A stretch of 64,000 bases of DNA, taken from NCBI GenBank assembly GCA_963823665.1, contig CAWGMQ010000008.1, forward strand, positions 1,696,001-1,760,000. Direction: 5' to 3'. Of the stretch, positions 22,062 through 34,932 are shown piece after piece. A program made the position numbers and the translations under genes. The first letter of the stretch is position 1. Each line of letters opens with the position of its first letter. The stretch comes from an uncultured Planctomycetota bacterium. GTDB taxonomy: Bacteria > Planctomycetota > Planctomycetia > Isosphaerales > Isosphaeraceae. Under the pieces are notes generated by a model. It was not told where the DNA came from. It saw only the letters and a program-made list of their open reading frames with translations, and searched no databases.

Positions 22062-25000
22062 GAGTCTGCTCCTTCGCAGATGCCAGGGTCCAGGCCCAGA
22101 CGTAGTCGCCTCGACGCTGGGTACGACACACAGGGACATGAACGGCTGGACGTCGAGCGGACGATCGGCATGTGCTGCGACGCTTAATTGCACAATGCCC
22201 GATGACTCGTCGACGTGGGTGATCTCGACAGTTGCACGGCCCGGGGCCGAACGCCATTGCCTGGTCGGCGGCTCCCTCGCGCAGCGAAAACCGCGCGATC
22301 CATTCGGGCCGGTCTGCGGCAGGCGATGCGGGAGAGGATTTGCGTTCGACAGCCGCGATTGAGGGATGCGGCTTCGAGCGAGTCGAGGCTTGTCAGCGAT
22401 CGACCGGACGGCGATTCCCACTCGGGCGTGGGGATTGGCGTGCGCGATGGCGACGGCGACGCCTTCTGAGCAGGCGATCGAGACGGCGGCGACGGGAACT
22501 TCGGGATTCGCGAGCGAGACGAGCTTGGTCGGGCCGTGCGGGTCAGACGCGACGGCCAGATCGGCCGGGTAGACGGGAGGGTTTCCGGCCTCGAGCCAGA
22601 GACGTCGGGCTGCTTCCTTGGCGGCGATTCTGCCCCAGAGCTCGTGGGATGCGCTGTCGCTCGTTCGTCACAGAAGCAAGAATCGCGGCTCGCTCGTCCG
22701 GGCCGAGCTGGATCTGCTCGAGCACGTCGCGCCAGACCGGCCGGCCCATGTCGGCGGGGGGCTCGAGCCAGATCGCCTTGACGGGCTTGACCGGTGTGCT
22801 CTCTGGGCCCGTCGAGCGGGAGTTCTTCGCCGAGCAAGAAGTCTCGAGGCTGGCGCATGACGTCGCGATAACGGCCGGCCAGTGGAAGCGCCAGTCTTCC
22901 CAGTCGCGGATGCGCATCCAGACTGATCCATCCGGGCGAAGGATTTCTGATTCGACGCGGAGGCGGTGGCGCTCGATCTCGGTGACGGCGATGCGGCAAG
23001 CCACTTCGGTGCCTTCCTCGGGCCGGTCGCCAAAGATCTCGAGCTCATCCATCGAAAGCGGGAAGACGACGTCGCCCTCGCTCAGATAATCCAGTCCCCA
23101 GCAACCGAGGAGATGCGTGAAGTTATCAACGACGATGAAATCGGTGTGGAACAGGGGAAGCTCGCCCTGCTTGACGAGAGGACCCCAGGGCAGGACACGA
23201 ATTCTTCCCTCGATTCCGTCGCCGGAGAGGTCGCCGACATGGGAAACGGCCTGGAGGGCTGGGCCGTGAAAGAGCCATTGCTCGTCATAGACGGAGTGAG
23301 CGGTGAACTTGCTGGGGCGAGGTTTTGAGAGCGACCAAGCCGACTCGAGTGGGGCATCCGGAGTGGCGACGTCGAAGATGACGATCGCCTCGAAGACCGG
23401 GCGGAGCGCTTCGGACTTGCCCAGCGCACCCCGGTTGAAGATACCGACCCAGAAGCGCTCATCGCCGCTGGAATTGGCACGGCGGCCGCGAAGCTCGAGG
23501 AAGACGGGCTCGTCTTCATAGCGCACCCATTTGTGGGCGCGGACCTGCGTCAGGCCGGTCAGCACGAGACCCGGCGTGACGGCCAGGGCGGCGGCCTGGG
23601 CGGTCATCTCGGCCATGACGGCGAAAGGCAGGACCGGAAGACCTTTCAATGACACGTCGAGCGCGGAGACCTTGCGGCCGCCCAACGTGTGGTGGTGAGC
23701 AATCGGATCGTCGTGGACGCTCGAGGACGACGAGGGTCTCGATCTCGTGGCCAGGCACGAGGCGGCGGACCTCGCCGGCCCACGGGCCGGGACGCGGGCC
23801 GGATGTGACGCGACTAGTTGCACGGGAGGCTGACACCTGGACCGGATCGCAGGTGGTTAGCCGGGCTTGCGACGGTTCCAGGTCTTCGCCGGGATCAGGA
23901 ACGCATTCGGTGAACGCGGCGGGAGAGGCTCCAAGATATGCGGATATGATCTCTTGTTGTGTTTGCAGGAATTCCTGCATCGTCTGCTGGAACCCGAGCA
24001 TTGCGTCTTCGTAGGGCGATGGAAGCTCGGGCGCTGCATCCGAGAGTTCATCGAGGAGATGCGCCACGGCAGGATGAAGCGGCGTATCCCGAAATCGCTC
24101 TTGCAGGGCATCAAAACGCGGTTCGTCGGGGGCAACGACCGCGGCGGGTTGTGGCTCTGCATCGTGGTGTCGCGACGATCCGTTGCGGGTGGGATGGTGG
24201 TTCGGGACCGGGAACAGGCCGGCGTGCGTGAGGGGCTCGTCGCCGTTGGGCTCGGGTCCCGGATCATCTGGCCGGGCGGCGCGGAGGCTGGCCAGGAGCG
24301 GCTCTGAAAGCCGCATCTCCGGAAAGCCGATTTTCAGCTCGACGGTTGCGCGAGCGGGCGGCTCGGCGGCGTTCCAATCGATTGCGCGAGGGCGCCTGCG
24401 GGCGTAAAGGTAGTCGGTATTCAAGGGAACGCCATGCGCGAAAAGCGAGGCGACCAGGTGGTTCAACTGGGCCAGACCGCTGCGGCGGGGGAGGTTGGTA
24501 GCGACGGCGAACGATGGCTTGCCGCGGAGGATGTCTTCGACGAAGCCGGCCAGGTTGCCGCGAGCGCCGACATCGACGAACAGGCGAAGGCCGTCGGAGT
24601 GCATAGTCTCGATCGTCTCGCGGAAAGCAACGGCCGTCGTCCACTGGCGTACGGCCAGGTCGCGAATCGAGGTCAGGTCGTCGGGCATCCGCCGGCTCGA
24701 CGCGCACGAATAAATCGGAACTTCTGGCGGATTGAAGGTCATCTCCGCGAAGAAATCGGCGATCGGAGCGACAACCGGCTCGAAGCTCGGGGTGTGATAG
24801 GCGCGGGAGAAGGGCAAGTCTTCCCAGAGGATGCTCTCGGCGCGGAGGCGGGCGACGAGCCGATCGAATTCGAGCGTGGGAACGGCCAGGACGACCTGAT
24901 GGGGGCAGTTGTCCATGGCAACGGCGGTGCCGCCGGCGGCAACGGCGCGGCAGATGGCCGCGACTCGCTCTCGATCGGCGGCGACGGCGACCAGGTGAGC

Positions 25001-27169
25001 CTCGGGCAAGTCACCCGACGTCTCGAAGTTGCGAAAGATCGCACCGAGCCGAGCGAGTTTCTGCTCGAGAACGCGATCGGCGGGAAAGACACCCGCGGCG
25101 GAGAGGGCCAGCAGCTCGCCGCTGCTGTGGCCGACCACGGCGTCAGGACGCAGGCCGAGCTGGAGTCAAGAGCTGATACATGGCCCACTGGGCGTTCAAG
25201 ACGACGTTCACGGCGGTTGCCGGGGACCACAGCTTTGTCGTCGCGCTGTCCTGCGGGTGCGAAGAGATACTCGCTGGGGGGAACCTGGTCGCCCACGTCG
25301 CGGGCGAGGCGGTCGGCCGTGTCGAAGAGCCGGCGCACGACCGGGAAGTGGATGCAGAGGTCGGCCATCATGCCGGGATACTGCGAGCCCTCGCCGGGGA
25401 AGAGGAAGGCGATGCTCGAGCCGCGGGCGGTGGAGGGGCTCGTCCCAGTGATAGACGCCCCGGGCGTCGCGGATGAAACGGCAGGAAGGGTCGCTCAGTC
25501 GGGCGAGCGCCGCGGAGAGGCGATCGGAAAGCTCGGTGAGCGAGGATGCGACGATTCCCAGTCGGGTGCCGCCGCTTGCGTGTTTCTCGACGCTGTTCGC
25601 GGTGTAGGCGACGTCCTTGAGCGTGACGCGCCGGGGATGGCTGAGCCAGTCGAGGAGCTCGCGGATGCGGTCGATCAAGCCGGGACGATCGGGCGCGGAG
25701 AGCAGGATGGCTTCGGAGTCCCAGGTTCGCAGCGCGCCCGGGGCGTCGCCGTCGGCGGAGGGGGTGTGTTCCTCGAGTACGGCGTGCGCGTTGATACCGG
25801 CGAAGCCGAAGGCGTTCACGCCGGCGCGGCGGGGCGAGCGGGGCTCGCCGTGGATCCAGGGGCGCGCCGCCGGATTCAGCGTGAACGGGGCTGTCGGGGC
25901 GATCGAGCAGCGGGTGTGGCTGCTCGGCGTGCAAGGTGGGCGGAAGGACGCGATGGAAGAGGGCGCAGGGCGGTCTTGATGAGCCCGGCGATCCCGGCGG
26001 CCGGCATGGCGTGGCCGATCATGGACGAGACGGCGCCCAGGAAGCGATGGCCGTGCGCCGGTTTTGGAAACACGGCACGCAGCGCGCGGAGCTCGGCGCG
26101 ATCGGCGGCGGGAACGCCCAGGCCGTGGCCTTCGACCAAGCGCGACGGTGGCCGGATCGATACCCGGAACGACGATAGGCACGGCGGATGGCGCGGGCAT
26201 GGCCGCGGGCGCTGGGCGCGGCCAATCCCTGGCCGCGGCCGTCGCTGGCGACTCCGACACCCTGGACCGAGCGCGTAGATCCGATCGCCGTCGCGCTCGG
26301 CGTCGCGGCGGCGCTTGAGGATGACGACGCCCGCTCCCTCGCCGGGCAGCATGCCGTCGGCGGCGGCGCTAAAGGGCCGCGCCGTTCCGGAGCGAGCGAG
26401 GGCGCCCAACTGGCGGAAGACGAGCGGGAAGTCAACGTCGGCCTCGAGGTAGACGCCGCCGGCGATCGCCAGATCGGCGCGACGCGCGGAGAGCGCGCTC
26501 ATCGCGAGGTCAAGCGCCACCAGGGATGAGGCGCTCGCGGCGTCGACGACATAGGTCGCGCCGGAAAGATCGAAGCGGTGCGCGAGCCGGCCGGCGGTTG
26601 CGTTGGTAAGCTGGCCCGGGATGGTTGCGGCTTCGAACGGCGGCAGGCTCGAGCGGAGATCGTCGGCGATGGCCGCGCGCTGCTCGGAGACCATTCGGGG
26701 TGAATCGCGTGCAAGAGCGCGACGAGTCTGGGCGATCATCCGGCCGTGGGCAAGGCGAGTGAGGTTGCCGCGATTGAAGTAGTTGCCTCGCCCGATCACG
26801 ACTTCGACGCGGTGGCGAGCGAGTCGGGCCAGGTTCAAGACCGGCGTCGGCCAAGGCGGCGGTCGCGGCTTCGAGGATCAGGAACTGCTCGGGCTCACCG
26901 CCGGAGACGGTGCGCGGCATGATGCCGTGCTCGGCGGCGTCGAACGCGAGTGGTGAGTCGAGATAACCGCCGCGGCAGGTCGGAACGCGATCGCCGGCGG
27001 GAGAATCGGGGTCACAGAACGTTTGCTTGTTCCAGCGATCGGCAGGAACTTCGCGAGTGGAGTCTTTTCCGGCGAGGATATTCTCGAAGTACGCGCTCGC
27101 GTCGGAGGCACCCGCGAAGCGGCAGTCGAGGCCGATGATCGCAATTTCGGCGGGGCGTGGCCGATTCAT
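22058..27169 (-). CDS. Type I PKS/PfaB-C-like protein, KS-AT-DH-PPTase, split by multiple frameshifts
   Basis: KS: IAIIGLDCRFAG, VVDAASASS, EGHG, MIGHAMPAAG, AGVNAFGFAGINAH. AT: FPGEGSQYPGM, GHSSGE, RAYHT. DH: HHTLGG...PVLP, LFHGP, DNFTH. PPTase-like fragments IAAKEAAR and VASDPHG near the C-terminus. The start overlaps the upstream stop (ATGA at 27166-27169). Confidence 0.8.
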
Positions 27170-30100
27170 GAGCCGATCTCCAGAGGCTCAGCCGCGGTCT
27201 CCAGGGCGATCGGATCTTCGAGGGTTCCCAGCTTGCCGGAGAGGATGACCTCGACGTCGCCCTTCTTTCCATAGCGCAGCTCATCGACCAGGAGCGATGG
27301 GCCATCGAAGGGAGAGATCATGCCCAGACCGCGGCGGCCCAGGTGGTTCTCGAGCTGAGAGACCATGCCGACGCCGGACCAAGGGCCCCAGATCACCGAG
27401 AGGACACGGCCGCTCGAGCGGCGATCGAGCCAGTGAGCGAGCTTGTTCAAGATCTCGTTGGCGGCTGCGTAGTCGGACTGGCCGACGTTGCCGAACCGGC
27501 CGGCGATCGACGAGAAGAGCACGGTGAACTTGAGGGCGTCCGGGCGCGTGAGGCGAATCAGGTTGAGGGCGCCGTAGAGCTTGGTCTCGAGAACGCGATC
27601 GAACGACTCGATCGTTTTTTGACGGATGAGCTTGTCCTTGATAAGACCCGCGCCGTGGATCAGGCCGACGGGTTCTCCGAAGCGGCCGCGCCACTGGTCG
27701 AGAACGCGAGAGAGGGCGGCGGGATCGCGCACGTCGGCCTGAGCGTAGGCGACGGTCGATCCGGCATTCCGCAAGATCTCGAGATTCTCGCGGACTTCAC
27801 GAGCGCGGATGAGCGACTGATAGCTCGACTCGATCTGAGCGGGGCTTGCGCGGTGCCCGTCGTGGCGAAGCCGCGCATGCAAGGGCGGCCTTGATTTCGG
27901 CCTCGACGTCAAGCCGGCGGTGTCAGCCGTTTCGTCGTCGCCGGGCAGGGGGGTTGTTCCGACCATGAGCAGGGTCGCTCGCCAGGTGCGTGCCAGCTCG
28001 GCGGCGACGAGAGCGGTGATGCCGCGCGCACCACCGGAGATGAGCACGGGGTCGCCGGGTTTCAGGTCGAGATGTGGGCTGCACGTGGAGGAGCGGGCGT
28101 GATGACGGAACGAAGGCGGATGCGGCGATCGCCCTCGTAACCGACCTCGGGGTAGCCGTCGCTCACGAAGATCTCGTCGGCCAGTTGAGAGGCGATGGTT
28201 TCGCTGGCCGCGTCGGGAGAGAAGTCGACCACGCGACAACGAATCGACGGCCACTCTCGCGCCAGTGTCTTGACCAGACCGGCCACGCCGCCGGAGCCGG
28301 GAAAGAAGTCGCGAACAGCGGAGCCAGTCGAGGCAAACCGGCCACCCAAGCCGGTGGCGGCGATCAGGCATGAGCCACCGGCTCGTGCAGCGGATTCGAG
28401 ATCAGCGGCGACGGCCTTGGCCAGAAGGAAGAGCCCTCTGACCTCGGTGCCCAAGCGTCCGGCCCAATCGGGATCAGAGCTCTTAGCCCTGGCGGTTGCG
28501 ACCCAGCGGCAGCGTGTGGACGATGCCGGCGATCGGGCCCTGCGAACGCAGGCGTTCGACGACCGAATCGACAGCCGAAGGAGAGGTCCAATCGACCGGC
28601 TGGTCCGGACCGCCCAACCGGTGTACCGCGATATCGGCGGCCTCCAGGAGCGAAGCCAGCTCCGAGCCGCCGCACCCGAGCCGATCGTCGGTGATGATGA
28701 CCCGACCGCCGGGCATCAGGCCGAGACGTTCGACGGGCAGGCGGGGAATCAACCGGCTCGAGAAGCCGGCGCTGGGTGAGCTCGTGCGGCTTGCCGTTTC
28801 CACTGGATGAGCGGCTCACGGGTAGCGGCGAAGGCGGCGGAGCGAGACACGACTGTCAGACGTTCCGTTCATCGTCTCGGCAAGGGCGGCCATCCGGTCG
28901 ACGATCACGCCGAGGGTGCGTGCACGGGCGAGCGCGTCCATCGCCTCGGCGGAATCAGACAAAGCCTTGAGCGTCGGGAATTCGTCGCGCATCTTGCCGA
29001 GGATCTCGACTCGCTTGATGGAATCGATTCCCAGATCGGCTTCCATATCGAGGTCGAGCCCCAAGGTCTCGATGGGATAGCCGGTGCGATCGCGAACGGT
29101 CTCGAGCAGACGCGCGGTGATCGTGTCTCGGCCCAGCTCGGCGACGGCGGCGGCCGGGGTGTGGGCGCGAGCGGTTTGCCGTTAGACGCTGCGTGCAAGC
29201 GCTCGGAGGCGCGAGGTGCGCACAGACTTCGAGCGGAAGTCTGGCTGATCGCTCTCATGCACCGGCTCGTTCGGATCTGGTTCCGGCGCGAGTGGAGGTT
29301 TGCGCCGGCATGACGGCGACGGGCTGCGAGTGAGTCGGGGCTCGATCGCTCGATTCCGGTTTCGAGTGAGGGGGCCGGAGGAGTAGCTGCGGCGGCACTT
29401 CGTCCCGAGAGATAGGCGAGCATCGTCGATCGCTCGACTTCCAGAAACGCCCGCATCGTCTGCTGAAAGGATTCGATGACACGATCCGCGTTCGTGGTTG
29501 GAGCGGTTTGCGGTTTCATGGTTGTCGATCTTTCCCGATCGGCGAGTCGGCCGGGGCGAAGAGAGTGACGACTTCGCACCGTCTCCGTTCACGTGATCGG
29601 TCGCAGCGACCGCGCCACGACGCGGGAAATGGGTCGCGGCCGGCGACGAGCCGGCTGCATTCGAAGGTGACTGAGCCGGGATTCTGGGGTGAGTGACCGC
29701 GAGATCGCTGCGGGCACGGCGACGGGAGAACCTGGCCCTGGCCCAGGCGGCTGATCTCAGGGTCGTTGATCGGCCGGGCGCGGCTGCCGTTGACGAGCCA
29801 GGTCGAAGCGGTGGTGGGCTCCTGGTCTTCGCGCGAGGGCAAGGTTCTGCAAGTCGAGATTGCGAGCGACGCGGTCGCGAGTGAGCCGATCGAGGCGAAG
29901 CGGAACACCGGCGACGACCAGCCTGGCCACGGTATGGAGCCAGCCTGTGAGACCGCCGGGACCGAGCCGGCTGGCCGGCGAGGGCCAGATGGGGACGGTC
30001 ACCGAGCACGGAAGCGACGAGCGGAGTGAGCATCGGAGCCGGGACCGACCTCGATGAAGACACGGGTTCCGTCCCGGTACATGGCCTCGACCATTTCGCC

Positions 30101-33100
30101 GAATCGCACGGGGCTGGCGAGATGGGCACCCAGACGGGTGGCAATCGCCGACGGGAGCGCGGGATGGGGTGCGGCGTCGAGATTGGAGTACACGGGGCGG
30201 TCGGGCGAGCAGGCAGAGCAGGCGCTCGACGGCGCGTTCAAACGGCTGACGTGCCGAGGCGACCATCGGGGTGTGGAACGCGCTCGAGACCGACAGGAGA
30301 CGGCCGGAGATTCCACGGCTCGAGGCCAGGTCGATCGCCTGGCGCACAGCTTGAGCGGGCCCGGCGATGACCGTCTGCCTGGGCCCGTTCCAGTTGGCGG
30401 CGAGGACATCGGGAACTTCACGGATCAGACGATCGACATCGGCACGCCCGGCGCGAGGGCCGCCATCGCACCGGTCTGGCCGGCGCCGGCTTCGCGCATC
30501 AAGCGGCCGCGCTCACTGGAAAGCTCGGCCAGGGCGGCCGCGTCGTAGACTCCGGCGGCGTGCAGCGCGACCAGCTCGCCGAAGCTATGGCCGCCGAGCG
30601 AAGCTCGGCTCGCAGCCGAAGCTGCGGAAGAGGCGAAGCATGGCCAGGCAGGCCGCGCCCATGGCCGGCTGAGCGACGTCGGTTTCCGTCAAGAGGCGGG
30701 ATGCGTCTTCGCGGTCGGCGTCTGCGAACGTCGCGGGTGGAAAAACGAGCGGGCCGACGGGCGAACGGCCCGCGGCCGCGAGGGCGCGGTCGAATTCGTC
30801 GAAGGCCTGGCGAACTTCGGGGAAGACGACGGCCAGTTCGCGGAGCATACCGGGCGACTGGGCGCCCTGGCCGGGGAAGAGAAAGGCCACCGGCGCGCCG
30901 GACCAGGGCGCCCTGGCCTCGAAGAATACGTCGCGGGGATCTCTCAAGCCTGGGCTTGCCCGAGGAGACGGCTGCTCTGGCGAGCCTCAGTTTCTCGCGC
31001 AGGTCGTCATGCGAAGTGGCGACGATCGCGAGGCGGGAGTCGGCGGCGGACGCGGGCCGGGCCGCGCGGTATTCCCAGGCGCGAAAGAGTGCGTGCGAGA
31101 GGTCACAGAGATGGGGCCGCGCGCCGGCTGCAAAGGCGGTCTCGAGGTCGTCGAGCCTGCGTCGGCGAGCCGGGCCGAGGATTCGGCCCGCCAGAGGAAA
31201 AGCTCGACCGGCCAATCGCGGAAGCCGACAGATGGACCGGACGCGACGTTATTGTCGTAGGCCTCGAGCACAGCGTGGAAGTTGGTGCCGCCGAAGCCGA
31301 ACGCACTGACGCCGGCGCGGCGGGGCTGGTCTGGCTCGAGCGTGGAGCCAGGGCGAGCCTCGGTGCAGAGGCGGAACGGGCCGTCGCGGAGGTCGAGATT
31401 TGGGTTGGGCGTTTCGATGCCGATGGTCGGCGGCAACACCTTGTGGAAGAGCGTGAGGGATGCATTGATAAGCCCGGCAAGGCCGGCGGCGCATTTGGTG
31501 TGACCGATGGACGACTTGACGGAGCCCACGACGCAATCACCAGGGGATGCGCCGGCATTCTTGAAGAGCTGCCCGAGGGCCTCGATCTCGACGACGTCGC
31601 CCAATGCGGTGCCGGTGCCATGCGCCTCGACGTAGCCGACGGTGCTGGGGGAGATACCGGCCTTGTTGTAGGCGCGCTCGAGGGCGCGCATCTGGCCTTC
31701 GACTACGGGGGCGGTGAGCCCGCGGGCGCGGCCGTCGCTTGAGGCGCCGACGCCCTTGATCACGGCATAGATGCGATCGCCGTCGCGCTCGGCGTCAGCC
31801 AGCCGTTTGAGAACAAGCGCGGCGACTCCCTCGCTGATGACAATGCCATCGGCACTTGAGTCGAACGGCCGGCAGCGGCCGCGCGGCGAGAATGCCTGGG
31901 TCTTGCTGAAGGCGAGATAGGTGAAGGGATTCTGGACTGTGTCGACACCTCCCAGGATGACCATATCGGCCGCGCCGGTTTCGAGCTCGCGGACGGCCAG
32001 AGCAGCGGCGGCCAGGGACGAGCCGCAGGCGGCGTCGACAGTGTAGTTGGAGCCACCCAGATTCAAACGGTTGGCGATCCGGCCGGCGGTGACGTTGAGG
32101 AGGAAGCCGGGGAACGCGTCCTCGGTCCAGTCCGGAAGCAAGCCCTGGCAGGACTGCAAGGCCTGGCGGCCGGCTTCGGGCAGGACCGTGTCGAGCATGG
32201 GGAGGTACGAGCGGAAAGCGTAGCCCATGGCGAGCTGGGCGGCACCGCCGCCCATGCCGAGCACCACGCTGGTTTGCTCGCGGGGGAACGGACGCTCGGC
32301 GTAGCCGGCATCGGCGAGAGCCGTGCGAACGACCTCGAGCGCGATCAACTGGGCGGGCTCGATCGATGGGAGGCTCGAGGGGGGCATGCCGTATCGAATG
32401 GGATCGAAAGGGATGTCAGGGAGGAACCCGCCCCACTTCGAGATGATCTTGTCGGGAGCCTTGGGATCCGCGTCGTAATAGAGCCGCCAGTTCCATTTGT
32501 CGGGTGGGATTTCGGTGATGGCATCAACGCCCTGAAGCGTATTGGACCAGAACCGGGAGGCGCTGGCCGCGCCCGGCATCACCGCGGCCATGCCGATGAT
32601 GGCAATGTCGGATGGCTCGGGCGAGGGCCTGGGAGCCGGGGGAACAGCCGTCGCACGGGCGCAGGCCTGATCAACGAGATCGTTGCTCGAGGCTGAGAGC
32701 TCGTGGTGCAGGTTGGCCATGGTGGTCGTCTCGCTGCGCAGCGCGGCGACCTGGCCGAGCATGTAAAGGCCGTTGGCTTCCTGGTAGTCATCGCCGACGG
32801 ACTCGAGTGCCGATTCGCTGGCGAGAGAACGGTCGAGCCCCTTGGTCGCGACCCGGAGGCGGCCGACGTTCAAGCTCTCGAGGGCGTCGCGGATGGCCTC
32901 GGTGGAGAGGCTTTCGGCGTGGAGGCGGGCACGTTCTTGCTCGAACCGGCGAGCGAAGGGAGTGGGGCTGACGCGTACCTGGTGACCGGGTCCGGATTCG
33001 AGCAGGACGGTCGATTCGCAGCGGAGGACTTCATCCTGGAAGCGAGGAACGATGGCGCCGGTCGCGACGGCCTCCTGGGTGAAAAGATAGGCGGTGCCGA

Positions 33101-34667
33101 CCAAGATTCCGATTTTTGCGCCGCGGGCGGCGAGCGGACCGGCGAGCGCAGCGACGAGTGCAGCGGAGCGAGCGTCGTGGATTCCGCCGGCAAAGACGAG
33201 GCTGATGGAATCAGCGGTTATTCCCCGGTCGAGGGCTTCGGTGACCGTGGCGAGGGCCTGTTCCCAGAGAACGAAGCTGGACCTGGGCCCCACGTGGCCA
33301 CCGCACTCGCGGCCCTCGAGGACGAAGCGGCGGGAACCGTGGCGGAGGTACTGGTCGAGCAGGCCTGGGGACGGCGCGTGCAGATAGGTGATGATGCCGT
33401 CGCCCTCGAGTGCCGCGGCCTGGTCGGGTCGCCCGCCGGCGATCAAGGCGAATGGGGGTTTGACGGCGCGAACCGCGGCAAGCTGCTCGGCGCGTAGTTC
33501 GGGGGGCACGAAGCCGAGAATGCCGACGCCCCAGGGGCGTGCGCCGAGAGAGCGCGACGTTTCGCGCAACAGGCTCTGCACTTCTGGTTCGCGCAATAGC
33601 GCCAGGGCGAGGAAGGGGAGCGCGCCTTCCTGCGCGACCGCCTGAGCGAAGGCGGCAACGTCGCTGACGCGGGTCATCGGTCCCTGGAGGATCGGATAAC
33701 GCGTGCCGTGATCGGCGGCCAGCGGAGAGCCTTCGGCGAGCGGGCGGGCGGCACGAGCGCTTGCCAGCCCGTCGGTGATGGCTCGCTCGACGGCCTGGAC
33801 GACTCCGCCGGTCGTGACAAACTTTCGGGACAATCGCTCGGCGAAGGCGATGTCCTGGCCTACGGGAGCGCACTGGGCGTCACTCCAGCCGACGTGGCGC
33901 TCGACCGCTTCGGCCCAGGCAGGTGCGCCCTGGCCGGCGGCGGCCCTCAAGCCTGCGAGCGCTTCAGAACCCAAGGGGGCGAAGACGCTTATGCTTGCGC
34001 CTGAGGGCGGCGCGATCACCGCGGTTTCACTGCCGTCGCTGCGGGCGATACGCTCGCGCCAGACCGGGGAGATGGGTGACTCGCGCGTCAGGAGCAAAGC
34101 GCCGTCGAGGACGACCCCGCTTGCTCCCGCGGCGATGCACCCGGCCGCCACGCTGGGGCCGATTCCTCCGCGCACCCAGACCGGCAAGTCGCTTTCCGCC
34201 AGGACGCCCTGTAACAGGACGAAGGAAGACTCGGCGCCGCACCACCCGCCGGACTCGTGGCCGGAGAGAATCAAGGCGTCAAAGCCGGCCGAGCGGGCGA
34301 GCGTGGCCTCGGCGCGGGAAGTCACCTCCGCGATTGCGATCCGATTCGCCGCCCGGATGACGCCAGCCACCTGAAGCAGTCGATCCGCCTCGGCCAAAAG
34401 GACGGGTATACAAATGACGTCCGGGGAGGCTGGGCCGAACTGAAGTGCGGTTCCGGGAAGGACGTCGCGCGGCTGGATTCGGACGCCGAACGGGCGCGCC
34501 GTTCGCACTCTCATGCTATGGAAGGCTTCTTGCGGATCTCGAAATTCACCGAAGCTAAAATCGACGATCCCGAGAGCATCCGCGCGTGAGGCCGCCGCTG
34601 CGATCGCCAAGCCTTCGATCCCGATTGGTGCCAGGGCGAATACGCGAGGAAGGCTGTTACTGGTCAC
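27166..34667 (-). CDS. PfaA-like iterative type I PKS: two FabK/nitronate-monooxygenase-like (PfaD-type enoyl reductase) domains, KS, AT, a single ACP and KR; the 3' half is split by frameshifts
   Basis: ER-like GHESGG and QGPMTRVSD...EGRECGGH...AGGIHD. KS DAACGSS, EAHGTG, KSSIGH. AT FLFPGQG, GHSFG, SAFHT. ACP DLGIDSIKRVEI near 29000. KR GGARGI...GQSDYAAAN. Confidence 0.88.
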
Positions 34668-34932
34668 CGATGTGTGCTCCCAAGTTGCCGTAATCTGATG
34701 GAACTATAACTGACGGATGTAACTATGGAAGATGGGTGAGAATACCATAACAGGGTTGTGCGAGGTTTGTGCAGACCTGGCGGAGTTTGACGGTCTGGTG
34801 GGACGGACGGGGCCTGCAGGTTGAAGCGAATCTGCCGATGAGCTTTATCGCCAATCGTGGTAGAGTCGCGGTCGTTGGAGCTTTTGAGAAGGATGTCTCA
34901 TGGCTTCTAAGCCTCTGTCTGGGGAGGGATAC

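Noticed and set aside
24434..26278. 614-aa plus-strand ORF and other long plus-strand ORFs across the PKS operon (e.g. 20822..22021)
   Set aside because: Antisense to clear KS/AT/hydrolase coding sequence; expected in high-GC DNA.
22058..34667. Canonical PUFA (pfaA-E) or enediyne PKS assignment
   Set aside because: No tandem ACPs or FabA-type DH pair; the domain order and accessory genes differ from the enediyne cassette, so no gene symbols were given.
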